Of a DNA stretch of 64,000 nt, positions 1 through 20,110 are shown piece by piece. The DNA comes from Dictyostelium discoideum (taxonomy: Eukaryota), in the NCBI GenBank assembly GCA_000004695.1, contig CM000153.2, positions 1,344,001-1,408,000 on the forward strand, written 5' to 3'. Position 1 is the first letter of the stretch; every line of letters starts with the position of its first letter. The position numbers were made by a program, and so were the translations under genes. Below the pieces are notes generated by a model. The model made no database searches. It was not told the origin of the DNA and was given only the letters and a program-made list of their open reading frames with translations.

Positions 1-108
1 ATCTCTACTCTCTAACTCTGCAAATTCTTTAAGTCTTCTCTCTATTTCATTTGCAATCTTTTATTTTTTTTTTTTTTTTTTTTTGTTAAAAAATTATTAT
101 TATTATTA

Positions 109-155
<47 letters not shown>

Positions 156-184
156 ATTATTTTATTATTATTATTAAAAAATAC

Positions 185-406
185 TTTATATAACATATCA
201 GATCTTTCTTGAGCTGATTTTGAACTCCATATTGGGAATGCTTCTTTTGCTGCTTTTACTGCTTCATTTATATCTTTCTCATTTGAATCAGGGACATTAC
301 TATAGATTTTACCAACTGATGGATCATAGTTGCTCATATATTTATGGTCAATTGGTTCAACATATTCACCATTTATAAAGTTTTTAAAATATATAACTTC
401 TTCCAT
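185..406 (-). CDS. Aldehyde dehydrogenase family protein, first coding exon. The gene continues past the window start on the minus strand.
   Basis: ATG at 406..404. The translation MEEVIYFKNFINGEYVEPIDHKYMSNYDPSVGKIYSNVPDSNEKDINEAVKAAKEAFPIWSSKSAQERSDMLYK matches the conserved ALDH N-terminus (FINGE(W/Y)V, AV.AA..AF..W, ER...L.K). The exon ends at an aaa|gtat donor that runs into a poly-T/(ATT)n intron. Confidence 0.65.
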
Positions 407-1148
407 TGTTTTTTAATAATGTTTTTTCACCCGAACAATATTGTTTTTAATAAAAAAAAAAATTAAAAAAAAAAAAATTAAAAAAAAAAAAAATTAAAAA
501 AAATAAAATAAAATTAAAAAAAACAGGGTTTTGAAAATAAAAAAAAATAAATTAATTAATGACAAAAAGTTTTTCAAAAAAGTTAACTTTTTTTTTGTTA
601 ATCACAATGATTTTAGGATTTTTATTATATATATATCTGTACACACACAGACAACCTTTCTTTTGTGTTTGCCAATTTACAAAAATTAAATAAAAAAAAA
701 AAAAAACAAAAAAAAAAAAAAAAACGTTTTTAGTGTGTTTTTTCTACCTCTAAAATATTAACGTAAATATTTATTAAAAAATAATATTATTAATTTATTA
801 ATTTATTTTTTATTGAACATCCAAAACCAAATTCTACATACAATTTAATATTTACCAAAACATAATGTTAATAAAAAACATTTTTTAACATAATCACCTT
901 TTATATATTATCTTTATTTTATGCCAATCGTTAAAAGAATTTTTTTTTTTTTTATATAAAAATCTCACTAAGTTTAAAAAGATATTTATTTTTGAAAGGT
1001 TGATTTGTTACATTCAATGAATTTTTGATATTTTTTAATTTTTTTTTTTTTTTTTTATTTTTAATTATTTTTTTTTTTTTTTTTTTTTTTCCACTTTTTT
1101 TTTTTTTATTTTTTTTGGTTTGATAATATTTAAATACAAATTTTAAAA

Positions 1149-1506
1149 ATGATTGGTGGTGAAAATAATAATAATTTATCTCAATGTTCAAATGAAAATT
1201 ATGATAAAAATTATAAATCATATAAATTAGTATTTAATAATAAAGTATTATTAAAATATATTTATGGTTTAGTTAGAGAAATTAATTCTCAATATACCAA
1301 TAGTGTTAGTTTATTTGATGGAACAAAATTATTTTCACAAAAACGTACATATGATAATGCATCATTTGAATGGATGATAGAGAATAATCATTTTCCATTA
1401 ATAATTGATAAAATTAAAAATAATTTTACCTTTAAAGAAACATTTAAATATTCAAATTTAAAAATATTAATTAAAAAACTTGATCAACTGGAAAATGAAA
1501 AATTTG

Positions 1507-1565
<59 letters not shown>

Positions 1566-2963
1566 CCAGAATCAGTAACAGCAGAAAATGAATATCAAGA
1601 AAATAAAGAATTAAAAAATTTATTAAATAAATTTTATAGTGTTAATAAAGAAATCTTAATGAAGTCAGATCTTGAAGATAATGAAACTCATTTTTCAAAA
1701 ATTAGTTTACTTTTATTTTCAATATTTACAGGTTGTTTTGAATTTTTTAAAATTATTTATGATGATTTATTATTATCATCATCACAAAAATCCGATGAAA
1801 ATAATAATAATAATATTATAATTTCAAAATATTTAAAAACACCAACGGATAATTGTAATTGTTTAGATATTGCATTAAGAATTGGTAATTTAAAAACAAT
1901 TAAATTCATTTATTGTGTAATTGGTATTAAAGAATTTAATAATGATAGAATATTACATAATTGTTTAATATCAGATAATAGGGATTCAATTATAAATGAT
2001 TTTTTATTATCACCAAATTATGTAAAAAATTATGAACCTGTTAAATTATATAGTGGAGTTTACGATGATTTCTATGCAAATCTATTGAAATTACAATTCA
2101 ATACATTAAAGAAAATTTATGAAACTGGTTCACCATTATTATTTATGTTGTCAAGTTTAAAAATTGGTTTTTCAAAATATATTGAATATTTTTTTAAAAC
2201 ATTTAATAATAATTCAGAAAAAGAAAATTACTTTAAAATAAATTTCAAAAATTCAAATTATGATACCATCTTTGATCAATTTATAAATTATTTTAAAAAT
2301 GTTTTATTCACTTGTTCAATTTCATTTAAAAATCAATTTTACATGTCAATCTTTAAAAAATTAAATTATTTATTAGAATATAATAATCAAAATAAAAAAG
2401 AAGAAGAAGAAGTAGATAAAAAATTAAATTGTGAAGATGATTATTTTTATATATTAAATAAAAATGAATATGTTGAAATAAATGAAAATTGTATTAGAGT
2501 AATTGAACAACCTGATTTAATTTCAAAAATTTGTTTTAGTAGTGGTGGTGGTGGATTTAAATCAAAAATTCAATCATTACTTTTTAGAAGAAATCAAGAT
2601 GAAACATTTTTACAATTACAAAAAGAACAAGAACAAGAACAATTAAAATCAATTAATCAAGGTAATTCAATTAATATTAGAGATATTTCAGAACCTTTGG
2701 AATTAATAAACTATAATGATTTTAATTTAAAAAGAGAAATACAAAGATTATTAATATTTGATTTCTTTAGATATGGTTTTAAAAAATATATTGAAACTTC
2801 AGAATGGTCTTATTTAGTACTTGAATTTATTTGTACCCATAAAGAGTATCATTTAGTTGATAGATTATTCTTTACACAATCATTACAAGAAGTAATTAAA
2901 CAACAACCATACTCACAACCAATACCACAAAATCCATCATCGTCATCATCATCATCATCTTCA

Positions 2964-2994
<31 letters not shown>

Positions 2995-4226
2995 CTTCTT
3001 CTTCATTATCTAAAAAAAAATCAATTTTAAGGTGTTATCCAATTCTTGATGATTTAATTAAAATATCAATGAAATATGGAGATATAATTATATTAGAATT
3101 TATTGGTGAATTATGTAAAAAATCAGATGACCCATTCTTTGAAAAACATAGATATCAATCATTTTATATAGAACCAATTGGTGGTTTATTTAATTTAGAT
3201 TCAACACCAATTCAACAACAAATTGAATTTATTGAAAAATCATTCAAATGTATTAATATTGTTTCAACTTTTAAAATAATTAAACATGTTTTGTCAAATA
3301 AAGATTTAATTTCAACTACAGATTTAGATAAAATTGGTGATATTTTATTAAGAAATTCAGACTCATTTGATGGTAGTGGCAATAGTAGTGGCAATAGTAG
3401 TGGTAGTGGTAGTGGTTGTGGTAATTATAATAATAATAATAATAATAATTCAAAACCTGATAAAGAAGTTTTACCAAATAATGAATTGATTTTAAAATAT
3501 TATTTTAATAATAAAAAATATAAAAGTCTTTTCAATTGGCAAAGTAATAATATTTTAAAAAATGCAATTAAATCTGAAGATACAAATATCATTCAATTTA
3601 TATTTGAAAATAATATTAGTCAAATTTCAATAGATAAATCAATCTCTGAAGCTAAATCAATTAAAGTTTTAGATTTTATGTATAATAATTTGGGATTTAG
3701 ATTTTATTCATATAATTCCCTAAATGAAATTTCTAACCTCACAGATTGGTTTTCAAATTATTTATTTAATTATTCATTAAATAAAATTATCAATGAAAAT
3801 AAATTAAATAATTATTTAAGTAATGGTACTATTATTAATAATAAGTATAATAATTATGGAATAGATGTTATTATTGTTACATTTGGTGAAGTAAAAAATT
3901 TAAATTATAAAAAGATAAAATTTGTTCAATCTAAAATTAATAATGGCTCATTAAATAAATCTAATATTGAATTTGAAAGGCATTCAGTAAATGAAATTTT
4001 TACATCACTAAAAAATATAAATACAATTGTTCCACTTGGTAATGAAGATTTTATAAACTCATTTTTGGATGAATTCGATCAATCAAATGAAAAACATAAT
4101 TATAATTTGGAATTAGATACTAAATCAAAAAGTCTATTATCAAAATCTCCAAATTGTGAAAAAATAGTTAATTCAATAAAGGAAAGAATTGAAAATTATT
4201 TTAATGAAGGTTTATTATCTGTTTAA
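1149..4226 (+). CDS. Large low-complexity hypothetical protein (1025 aa) with poly-Q, poly-S and poly-N tracts. No domain recognised.
   Basis: Uninterrupted 3078-nt ORF starting at ATG 1149, in a genome where random ORFs are short because of A/T richness. Codon usage is typical of the surrounding genes. (CAA)n at 1505-1565 encodes polyQ and (TCT)n at 2940-3003 encodes polyS. Confidence 0.6.
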
Positions 4227-5350
4227 TTTTTTTTTTTTTTTTTTTTTTTTATTAAATATTAAAATATTCAAATTTTGTAATTTAAAATATTTTAAAATGG
4301 AAAAAAAAAAATAAAATAAAATAAAATAAACTTGAATGATTTTCACAATAAATAAATAATAAAAAATTAATAATAATTAAAAATAAAATAAAATAAAATA
4401 AAATAAAGTAAAAAATATATAATATATAATATATAATCCAATTCCTTATTTTTATTTGTTTTTTATTATTATATTTTTTTTTTAATTAGTCTTTTTTTTT
4501 TTTTTTTTTTTTTTGACCAATTTATTAAAATGTTAGAAAAGGAAAAAATAAATTAGTTTTTCATAATTTTTTTTTTTCGTTTATTTTTTTTTTATAATAA
4601 AAAAATACTTATTATATTAACATTATACAAAACTAATAATAATAGATTGATCTATTATAATTAATTTATTTTTTTTTTTTTTTTTTTTCCGTCTCAGAAA
4701 AAATAAATTATTAAAATAAAATAAAAAAAAAAAAATTTATTTTAAATAATTTATTTTTTGAAAAATCTGTTTTACTTTTTTATACTTTCATAAAATACAT
4801 AAATGTACATTTTGTTGTTTAAAATTGTTTCTTTATTTTTTTTTTTTTTTTAAACTGAACATATATATTTTATATTACAAACATTAAAATTTTCTTTATT
4901 AAATAAAAAAAAAAATTTTGAAAATTCGAAAATTAATAATCATCTGAAACATGATCACCACTCATTTCAAACCTTGTTTTGCAAATGTAAAAAAAAAAAA
5001 AAAAATATGCAAAGTCAATTGACACACTAATTTTTTTTTTTTTCGATATAAAAACCAAATGCAAGCTTTAAACACTTTAAAACCCAAAAGCACGTGGTGT
5101 TATCGTCCAAAGATTTTTTTCTTTTTTATTGAAGGTAGTTAATTAAAATTAGTTTAAGTAACAATTTCAATTTAAAAGATCTCCTTTTAAATGTTTCCAA
5201 TTTTTCAAAATTAGTAATTGAAAATAAAATTAAAAATAAAAAAAAAAAAAAAATAAAAATAAAAAAATAAAAATAAAAAAAAAAAAAAAAAATTTTAAAA
5301 ACGAAAAATTAAAAATATAAAAAATAAAAATAAAAACAAAAAACAAAACA

Positions 5351-5389
5351 ATGGCAATTGATAAAACAGAAACCACAACAGCAACAACG

Positions 5390-5420
<31 letters not shown>

Positions 5421-6451
5421 CCAATGATTCATCATTTGGTATTGTATTTGATATTGATGGTGTATTAATGAGAGATGGAGTGATAATACCAAATGCAACA
5501 CAAGCTTTAAAACTTTTAGAAGATAAAGAAACAAGTGAACCAAAGATACCGTATATATTTATGACAAATAATGGTGGATTCACAGAAGAAGAGAAAGCAA
5601 ATAAAATCTCTAAAGTATTACAATACAATATTCCAAGTGATAAAGTTATGGTAGCACATACACCAGTGAGACCGTTAGCAGAGAAATATAAAGATTACGA
5701 TGTTTTATTAATTAGTAAAACACATGAAACCTCAAAGAAATTAGCAGACTGGTATGGTTTTAAAAATTATAAATCACTTCAACAATATATTGAAGAACGT
5801 CCATTCCTTTGTCCATCTAAATATTCAACATTTTGGACTCAAGGTGTGTCAAGTGAATATGTTATCAAAGAAGCAAAGAAACAATTACCAATTAAAGCAA
5901 TCATTTTATTAGAGGATCCAATCGATTGGGGTGAATGTATCCAAATTGTATCGGATATACTACAAAGTAAAGATGGTTTATTAAGAAAAGATTATATCAA
6001 TCGAGCAGATGTTCAATCGATTGATTTTCACATTTGTAATCCAGATTTCTCCTATGCTGGTGAATTTGTAATACCACGTTATACAATGGGTGCAATATTG
6101 GAATGTATTAAACTTTTATTTAAAACTCAAACTGGTAGAGATTTAATTTATACACTCTATGGTAAACCTTATCCATTAACCTATCAATATGGTAAACAAA
6201 TAATTTCAAATCAAATTTCAAAACTTGGTTTCAATGATGGTTGTATTTTAAAACATATCTATGCAATTGGTGATAATCCATACTCTGATATCAAAGGTGC
6301 AAACAATTTAGAACATGAAGGTTGGATAAGTATTTTAGTTAAAACTGGCTGTTTCAAAGGTGATACTAACCATCCTGAAATTCCTGCAAAATATGTAGTT
6401 GATAATGTTTATGATGCTGTTAAATTAATTTTAAAATTAGAAGGTCAATAA
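5351..6451 (+). CDS. HAD-superfamily subfamily IIA hydrolase (CECR5/HDHD5-like).
   Basis: HAD motif I is present as GIVFDIDGVLMRDG. The C-terminal motif IV is AIGDNPYSDIKGANN. The protein starts with a poly-Thr tract encoded by (ACA)n. Confidence 0.8.
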
Positions 6452-6511
6452 ATAAAATAAAATTAAAAAAACTAAAAAAAAAAAAAAAAAGGTACTTTAT
6501 TATTACTTTAT

Positions 6512-7530
6512 TTATGTATTTTTTGTAATTTTATCTTTTAAATAAACATAAAAACAAGTATCAGAAGATTTATATTCAATGTCAGGATTAAATGGTAAAG
6601 TACCTTTTGGACGTTTCCAAACTACTCTATTTGAAGCGAAACGTCTTGATAAAGCGAATAATGTTGTTGAATCTCTATCACCACCAACTAATTTTCTAAT
6701 TGCTCTAATATCTTTTTTTGATAATGATTTTTCATTTTTCTTTGGTTGATACATTGGGTCCATAAAGATTACTTGTGGTGGTGGTGGTGCATTATCATCT
6801 TTCAAGTTTTTAAGACTTTCAACTAAATACTCGATTGAATCTTTATGAATTAATGTTATACGTTTTGCAATCTGTGCAGTATCAGGATTTAATAATGCTT
6901 TTGATAATGCACTCTCAATTAAATAAACCAATACTGGATTTCTTTCAATGATTGTTACATTTGAACCGAATGATGCCAAAATCCAAGCATCCTTACCCAA
7001 GCCACCAGTTACATCCAAAATAGTTTTTGGATGAACATTTTTTGATAAACTAGTTGATCTAATTATTGGTGATCTCTTATTCTTTCCAAATTCAGTACGA
7101 TGTGCAATTGAACCTTCAGTATAATCTAAAAGTACTTCGTTCATCATCTTTCTAACATTACGATTACCTACTCCTCTTGATGATGATGATGATGATGTTG
7201 GTGGTGAACAAGCTTCAAAATCATGTAATGTTACACCTTTTGGTTGGACGAATAAAACTGATTGATATGTAAATAATTCATTTGGTAATTTTAAAACTTG
7301 TTGAAGTGGTAAATATTCTAATTTTAAAAAGTTTGCCAATGTTTTTGCTTCAGATTCTTTATTCTCTGATGCTGTAACAATTGTTAATCTTTTATCACTT
7401 TTACTTAAATCTCTATTAATGAAAATACCATGTGCAATCTCTTCTTGACCTGCATATCCTAAAATATCTTTTGTATCTTGAATATCCATTTTTGGTTTTG
7501 TGTTTGTTTCATTTTTTATTTTATTTTGTA

Positions 7531-7599
<69 letters not shown>

Positions 7600-7909
7600 G
7601 CTGTTGTTGTTGTTGTGGTGTAAATGATAAATTTTTATTTCTATTTTCGTCAATTATATTTTTTAATTCCTTATCTTCACCACTTAAAAACTTTTTAATA
7701 TTTGAATTTTTATTCTTTTTTTTTCTGGCTAATAAAATTTTTTTATTTATTTCTGAATCATTATCTGTATTATTATTATTATTATTTTGATTATTTTGAT
7801 TGTTGGTACAAAATAATCTTATTGTTGTTGGCTTAATATTAATTCTATTTATTGATGTTATTATGCTTTGTTGTTTATTTATAATTTGTGGTAATAAATT
7901 TCGTATCAT
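6512..7909 (-). CDS. RsmJ/YhiQ-family SAM-dependent rRNA (guanine-N2) methyltransferase with an N-terminal mitochondrial-like presequence and a poly-Q insertion.
   Basis: ILDVTGGLGKDAWILASFGSNVTIIERNPVLVYLIE...PQVIFMDPMYQPKK...NRVVWKRPK aligns with E. coli RsmJ ([35 protein letters not shown]...PQVVYLDPMFPHKQK...KRVVVKRPD). The N-terminus MIRNLLPQIINKQQSIITSINRINIKPTTIRLF is basic and hydroxylated with no acidic residues. (TTG)n at 7541-7616 is (CAA)n on the coding strand and encodes about 40 Q. Confidence 0.8.
7541..7616 (-). repeat. (CAA)n (shown as (TTG)n on the + strand) encoding about 40 Gln inside the RsmJ-like methyltransferase.
   Basis: Directly visible. Confidence 0.9.
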
Positions 7910-8907
7910 TGTTAAGAAAATAAAAAATTAATTTTACAATCTTTTAATTAAAATAAAAAAAAAAAAAAAAAAAAAAAACGAAATCAATATAAACACGAAA
8001 AATAAATAAAAAAAAAAATAAAAAAATGAAAATTTTTTTTATTATTTTTCATTTTTTTTTTTTTTTTTTTAACAATGATTTAATTTTATTTATTTTTAGT
8101 TTGAATTTAGTAATATAAAAAGAACACTCAAAAATACACAAAATCATATAAAATTAATAATAATTATTAAAAATTTTTTTTTTTTTTTTTTTTTTTATTT
8201 TTGTGAAAAATTATTTTTTATTTGTTGGATTGAATTGTCTAATTAAATTACCTTTTGATTTTATTACTAAATGCGATTATGATTGAATGGATATCTATTC
8301 AGCATTTCTTTCAATTGGTGTATTTTCATCAACACCTTCAAATACTTTTTCTTTAGTAATTGGTTTATAAGATTTGAAAGTGTCATTCCATTTTTTATAT
8401 TTTCCATTTGTTTCATCATAAAGAATTCAATTGTTTAAAATAATTTTGAATTGTTGTCATTTCATTAATCTGCAAACATACTATAGGTATAGTATTGGAA
8501 TTGTTGAAATTTTAAATTATTTAAAAATAAAAATTTATTTTATTTTAAATAAAATTTCGGTTTTAAAACAATCCAATTGCGCATAATAATTAATTTTTTT
8601 TTTTTTCCTAATTTCGTTGGTATTCAATTTTTTTCTCGTGTTTCGAAAATGATTTATCATGATTTTCATTTTTTTTTTTTTTTTTTTATTTTAACCTTTT
8701 TTTTTTTTTTTTTTTTTTAAATTTAATTTTTAATTTTTTTTTTTTTTTTTTTAAATACCACCTAATTTAAAAATTTTATTTTAATATCTAAATAAATTTT
8801 TATTATTACTTTTTTATTTATTTTATTTATTTATTTATATAAAATAATAATAATACCAATAATATATATATATTATATATGTATATTAGTAGAATTAATT
8901 TTTGAAA

Positions 8908-10474
8908 ATGAATCAATTATTGTCAAAATCTTTTAAACCATTAGTTGTGGCAGGTGTGGCAGTTATTGGAATTTCAGCATTTTCAGGTAATAGAGCATAT
9001 GATGAATATAGAAAAGAAAGAGAAAGTATATCAAAAAAGATGATCAATGATTTAAATGAAAATAAAATTACAATGTTTGATTATTTTCAAGAATGTAAAA
9101 CACTTGGACGTGATGAACAATTAAGTAAATTAAATAAATTATCAAAAGTTTATAATAAGCAGAAATTGAATGAACAAGAGAATCAAGAAGAATTGATAGA
9201 TTTAGATTTGATTGTAATTGGTGGTGGTGCAACTGGTACAGGTGTTGCATTGGATGCACAATCACGTGGTATGAAAGTTGCACTCTTTGAAAAGTATGAT
9301 TTTTCAAGTGGTACAAGTTCGAAATCTACAAAATTGGTTCATGGAGGTATTAGATATTTAGAGAGTGCAATTATGAAATTAAAACCATCAGAATTGACAT
9401 TAGTGAAAGAAGCATTACGTGAGCGATCCAATCTATTGAATAACGCACCACATTTATCACGTCAATTGCCAATTGTAATTCCAGCCTACTCAATATTTGA
9501 TGCATCAAAGTTTTGGATAGGTTGTAAACTATATGATTTCTTTTATCCATTTAATGATATCCCAAAATCATATCTTCAAACAAGTGCACAAACCTATAAG
9601 GAATTCCCATTCCTACGTGAAGGTTTAGTGTCATCTGTTGTCTATTACGATGGTCAACATAATGATTCACGTATGAATGTTTCACTTGCATTAACTGCAG
9701 CACAACAAGGTGCATTAACTTTAAATTATACAGAAGTTGTAGAATTAATTAAGGATGATAAAATCAATAATAACAATAAGCAACAACAACTTAAAGGTGT
9801 TGTTATTAGAGATAGATTAACAGGTAAAAAATATTCAGTACCTGCAAAATGTGTTGTAAATGCAACTGGTCCATATTGTGATTCAATTAGAAATTTGGAT
9901 GATCCACGTGCTGATCCAATTATAACAGCAAGTTCAGGTGTTCATATTATGTTACCTGGTAATTTAATACCATCAGATAAAGGTTTCTTAAATCCAAAGA
10001 CAAAGGATGGTCGTGTATTATTCATTCTCCCATTCGAAGGTAAAACTTTAGTTGGTACCACCGATGATCCATCACCAATCATTGAAAATCCTCAACCATT
10101 AGAAAAAGATGTCGAATTCATTCTTGATTCAATTAAAGAGTATAGTAATCCAAATGTGAAATTGGATAAATCTCAAGTTTTAGCTTGTTGGTCTGGTATT
10201 AGACCATTGGTTAGTGATGAACCAGCAGCTCAAGGTGATAATAAAAAATCAACATCTCAAGTAACTCGTAGTCATTCACTTCGTATGTCTGAATCTGGTT
10301 TAATCACAATCGTTGGTGGTAAATGGACAACTTATCGTTCAATGGCTGAAGCAACTGTAAATCTCGTCTGTTCAAAACATGACATTTTCACACCAAAAGG
10401 TTGTATAACTAAAAATCTTCCATTAATTGGTGGTGAAAAATATTATAATACTTTAAATCAATATTTAATTAAAA
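8908..10474 (+). CDS. Mitochondrial FAD-dependent glycerol-3-phosphate dehydrogenase (GPD2/GlpD-type), exon 1.
   Basis: The ORF track starts at TTG 8902; the first ATG is at 8908. The FAD-binding fingerprint is DLIVIGGGATGTGVALDAQSRGMKVALFEK. LVHGGIRYLE and GGKWTTYR are characteristic of GlpD/GPD2. The exon ends at ttaattaaaa|gtaaag (phase 1). Confidence 0.8.
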
Positions 10475-10591
10475 GTAAAGTATATTATAAATATTTAAAT
10501 ATTTCTATCTATCTATCTATCCATCTATCTACCTCAAATTTATAATATTAATATAAAATCATTTAATTAAAAAAAAAAAAAAAAAAAATAG

Positions 10592-10941
10592 ACTTTAATT
10601 TACCAGAAGATATTGCAGAACATTTAGCACATAGTTATGGAGATCAAGCACCATTTGTTGCAAAATTAGCAAATGAAAATGGTTCAAATAAAAGATTAGT
10701 TGAAGGTTATCCATATATTGAAGCTGAAGTTACCTATGGTGTTAAAAAAGAGTATGCTTGTACCGCTGAAGATATTATTGGCAGAAGAACAAGATTATCA
10801 TTCTTGGATCATGATAAAGCTGAAATTGCACTTCCAAAAATTATTAATATTATGGCACCATTATTAAAATGGAGTAATGAAAGAAAAAAAGAAGAATTGA
10901 AAAATTCTCAAAACTATTTAAAAACTATGACTTCCAAATAA
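10592..10941 (+). CDS. Mitochondrial glycerol-3-phosphate dehydrogenase, exon 2 (C-terminal domain).
   Basis: Acceptor is aaaatag|ac at 10590-91. The spliced junction reads ...NQYLIK-N-FNLPEDIAEHLAHSYGDQAPFVAKLA...YPYIEAEVTYGVKKEYACTAEDIIGRRTRLSFL, colinear with human GPD2 (ESEVAQHLAATYGDKAFEVAKMA...FPYIEAEVKYGIKEYACTAVDMISRRTRLAFL). The frame is restored across the intron. Confidence 0.75.
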
Positions 10942-11397
10942 ATAAAATTATAAATATTTATACAATAAATAATAATAATTGTTGTTATATACAAATTTAA
11001 ATAATAAAAAAAAAAAAAAACCCCCCATTAGATTTATTCTTTTTATTTTTATTTTTTTTTTTAAAGAATCCCTTAAAAAAAAAAAAAAAAAAAAAAGTGT
11101 AATACTACTTGGATTTTATTTATAAATATCTTTTTTTTTTTTTTTTTTTTTTTTCCAATGAAATTTAAAAATCATATATACCAATTGATTTTTTATAAAG
11201 TTTATATCTTTCAGATGCAATATCTAATAACAAAAATTTAAAAGATGATAATTCACTAATTAAATCTTTCATTTTTGATATAACTTCGGTTGTATCTTTT
11301 CCACTTTCAATATCTTTATTTTTTAAATAAAAAAAAAAAAAAAAAAAGTTAGTATTTGGATTACCATAATTATTTTTATTTTTATTTTATTTTTTTA

Positions 11398-18059
<6,662 letters not shown>

Positions 18060-18169
18060 CTAATAATGATAAAAAAATGGAAAAAAAAATATTAGCTTTA
18101 TAGGGAAACATTTTGGAAAAAAAAAAAAAAAAAAAAAAATTTGGGTTTTTCTCCCAATTATAATATTAC

Positions 18170-18237
18170 CATCTTGTATTTCATCAAATAATGATGCTGT
18201 ATCTTGTGCTAATGATTCTGATTGTAGTCTATATTTT
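18170..18237 (-). CDS. Large SANT/Myb-like domain protein, 68-nt internal exon.
   Basis: Acceptor aaaatag|a and donor gat g|gtaat. It encodes (R)KYRLQSESLAQDTASLFDEIQD. The phases (2 into 1) link exon 1 to the long ORF in frame. Confidence 0.5.
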
Positions 18238-18328
18238 CTATTTTTTTTTTTATTTTTTTTTTTAAGTTTGAGATTAGTATTTCTTAATTCTTTTTTTTTT
18301 TTTTTTTTTTTTTTTAATATTAATTTAC

Positions 18329-18603
18329 CTTTGTTCTTCTGTTTCAAAATTGTTTGAAGTATTCATTGTTAAAGTTGGTGGAGTTATTGTTGTTGATAAT
18401 GGTGCTGGTATAGTTTGTGGTATTGATTCTTCAATTGTAGAGTTTGTAGATTTACTAGATGATGTTTTCCTTTTATTTTTTGAAGAGGATTGAGAAACTT
18501 TTGAAGAAGATTTTGATGGTTGATCATCGTCACTATCCCCATCACTATTATTCATAATATCAATTTCTTCATCTTCATCCTCATTATGTGCTTTTGTTTT
18601 CAT
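18329..18603 (-). CDS. Large SANT/Myb-like domain protein (about 2334 aa), exon 1.
   Basis: ATG at 18603. The exon is acidic and Ser-rich (MKTKAHNEDEDEEIDIMNNSDGDSDDDQPSKSSSK...) and ends at caa ag|gtaaat (phase 2). Confidence 0.55.
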
Positions 18604-19186
18604 ATTATTCTATTTCTTTTTTTATTATTATTATTGTTATTATTATTATTAATTTCTACTGACACCATATATTTTTAAATTTTAATTTGGAATTATTATG
18701 ATTTGGTGGGTGTGATTTAATAATTTAGCGATTTTAGAGGTTAGTTTTTATCAAAAAAAAAAAAAAAAAAAAATTAATAAAAAAAAAAAAAAAAGGATCT
18801 TTGAGGATTGTCAAAAAAAAAAAATAAAATAAAATAAAAAAAAAAAAATAAAAAAATTATAAAAATTATTAATGGCTATTGGTAAACTACTAAAAAAAGC
18901 AAATATTATATAAATTGTTGGGCTTTAAAACAATTGTTTTTTTTTTTTTTTTTTTTTTTTATAATAATAATTTTCAAATAAAGAAAATTTAAATATTTTT
19001 ATTATTATAATAAATAATTTAAATTATGTATGTATGAATTTAAAATAATAAAAAAAAAAAAAAATATATATTTTTAGATCTAACCTTTTCTTTTTTTTTT
19101 TTTTTTTTTTTTACTTTTTAGGGGTTTGATTTAATATACAATAAATTTATTATTTTTTTTTTCTAATTTATTTATAATTATTTATA

Positions 19187-19237
<51 letters not shown>

Positions 19238-19953
19238 TTTGATTGTTATTGTCGTTTATTTTATGTATAATTATCCAAAACACTAACTACCAGTGAGAAT
19301 TGTGAAAATTATCCACTTTTTGTGTCGTTTTTTTTTTTTTTTTTCTTATTTTAATTTTTTTGATTTTTATTTTATTTTTAATTTTTTCGAATTTTTTTTT
19401 TTTATTTTTATTTTTTTTTTATTTTTTTTTTTTTTAAGGCACGTGACTTGACCAAAATCAAAATAAAAATCAAATTACGTATTTTACAATTAAGTTTTGA
19501 TTTGATGATTAGTTTTTTAAATCTATTAAATTTCATTAATTCTTAAAATTCTCAGATTAATTTTTTTTTTTTTAAAAAAAAAAATAAAAATAATATTAAT
19601 AAAAATAAAGATAAAAAAATTAAAATATTTGTTTAAAAATAAAATTTATAAACAAAAAAAAAAAAAAATTAAATCAACCAACAAAAATTACGAGATTTTT
19701 ATTTTTATTTTTTTTTAATTTTTTTAATTTTTTTTTTTTTAATCATTAAAATATCCCCTTTGGTTTTAGTGGAGTGATTGCAACACTGAAACCAAAAAAA
19801 AAAAAAAAAAAAAAAACCTAAAATAAAAAAATAAAAAATAAAACCAAAATAAAAAAATAAAAAATAAAAAATAAAAAATAAATTAAAATAAAAAAATAAA
19901 AAAAAAACTATTTTTATCTTCTTCTATATTAAGTAAAAAACAAAGGGAAAGGG

Positions 19954-19988
<35 letters not shown>

Positions 19989-20110
19989 GATTTAACTTTG
20001 TACAAAAAATTTTATTTTACTTTATTTTATTTTTAATTTTTTTTTTCATTTTCCAGTTTTTTTTATTTTTTTTTTCCAGAAATAAAAAAGAAAAAAAAAA
20101 AACAATTATT

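Noticed and set aside
952-1221. Poly-K/poly-F ORFs lying in poly(A)/poly(T) intergenic DNA. Examples: 952-1221, 18060-18347, 24257-24541, 25027-25777, 42887-43123, 43558-43815, 49347-49571, 61084-61483.
   Set aside because: They are pure translations of homopolymer A/T runs in promoters and UTRs. They have no complexity.
5230-5628. Antisense or alternate-frame ORFs full of homopolymers (polyV, polyF, polyL, polyC, polyY, polyK). Examples: 5230-5628, 7432-7790, 12347-12898, 13229-13681, 16241-17164, 21606-21827, 35504-36113, 46157-46784, 51316-51669, 59408-60046.
   Set aside because: They are mirror images or frame-shifts of in-frame trinucleotide repeats ((CAA)n, (AAT)n, (TCA)n) that belong to the real genes on the other strand or frame. 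They have no start context and no conservation signal. They are by-products of repeat DNA.
8902-8907. ORF-track start codons at 8902 (GPDH), 30444 (secreted paralog A, second ORF) and 44366.
   Set aside because: The underlying codon is TTG, not ATG. The real GPDH start is ATG 8908. 30444 and 44366 are internal to exons reached by splicing.
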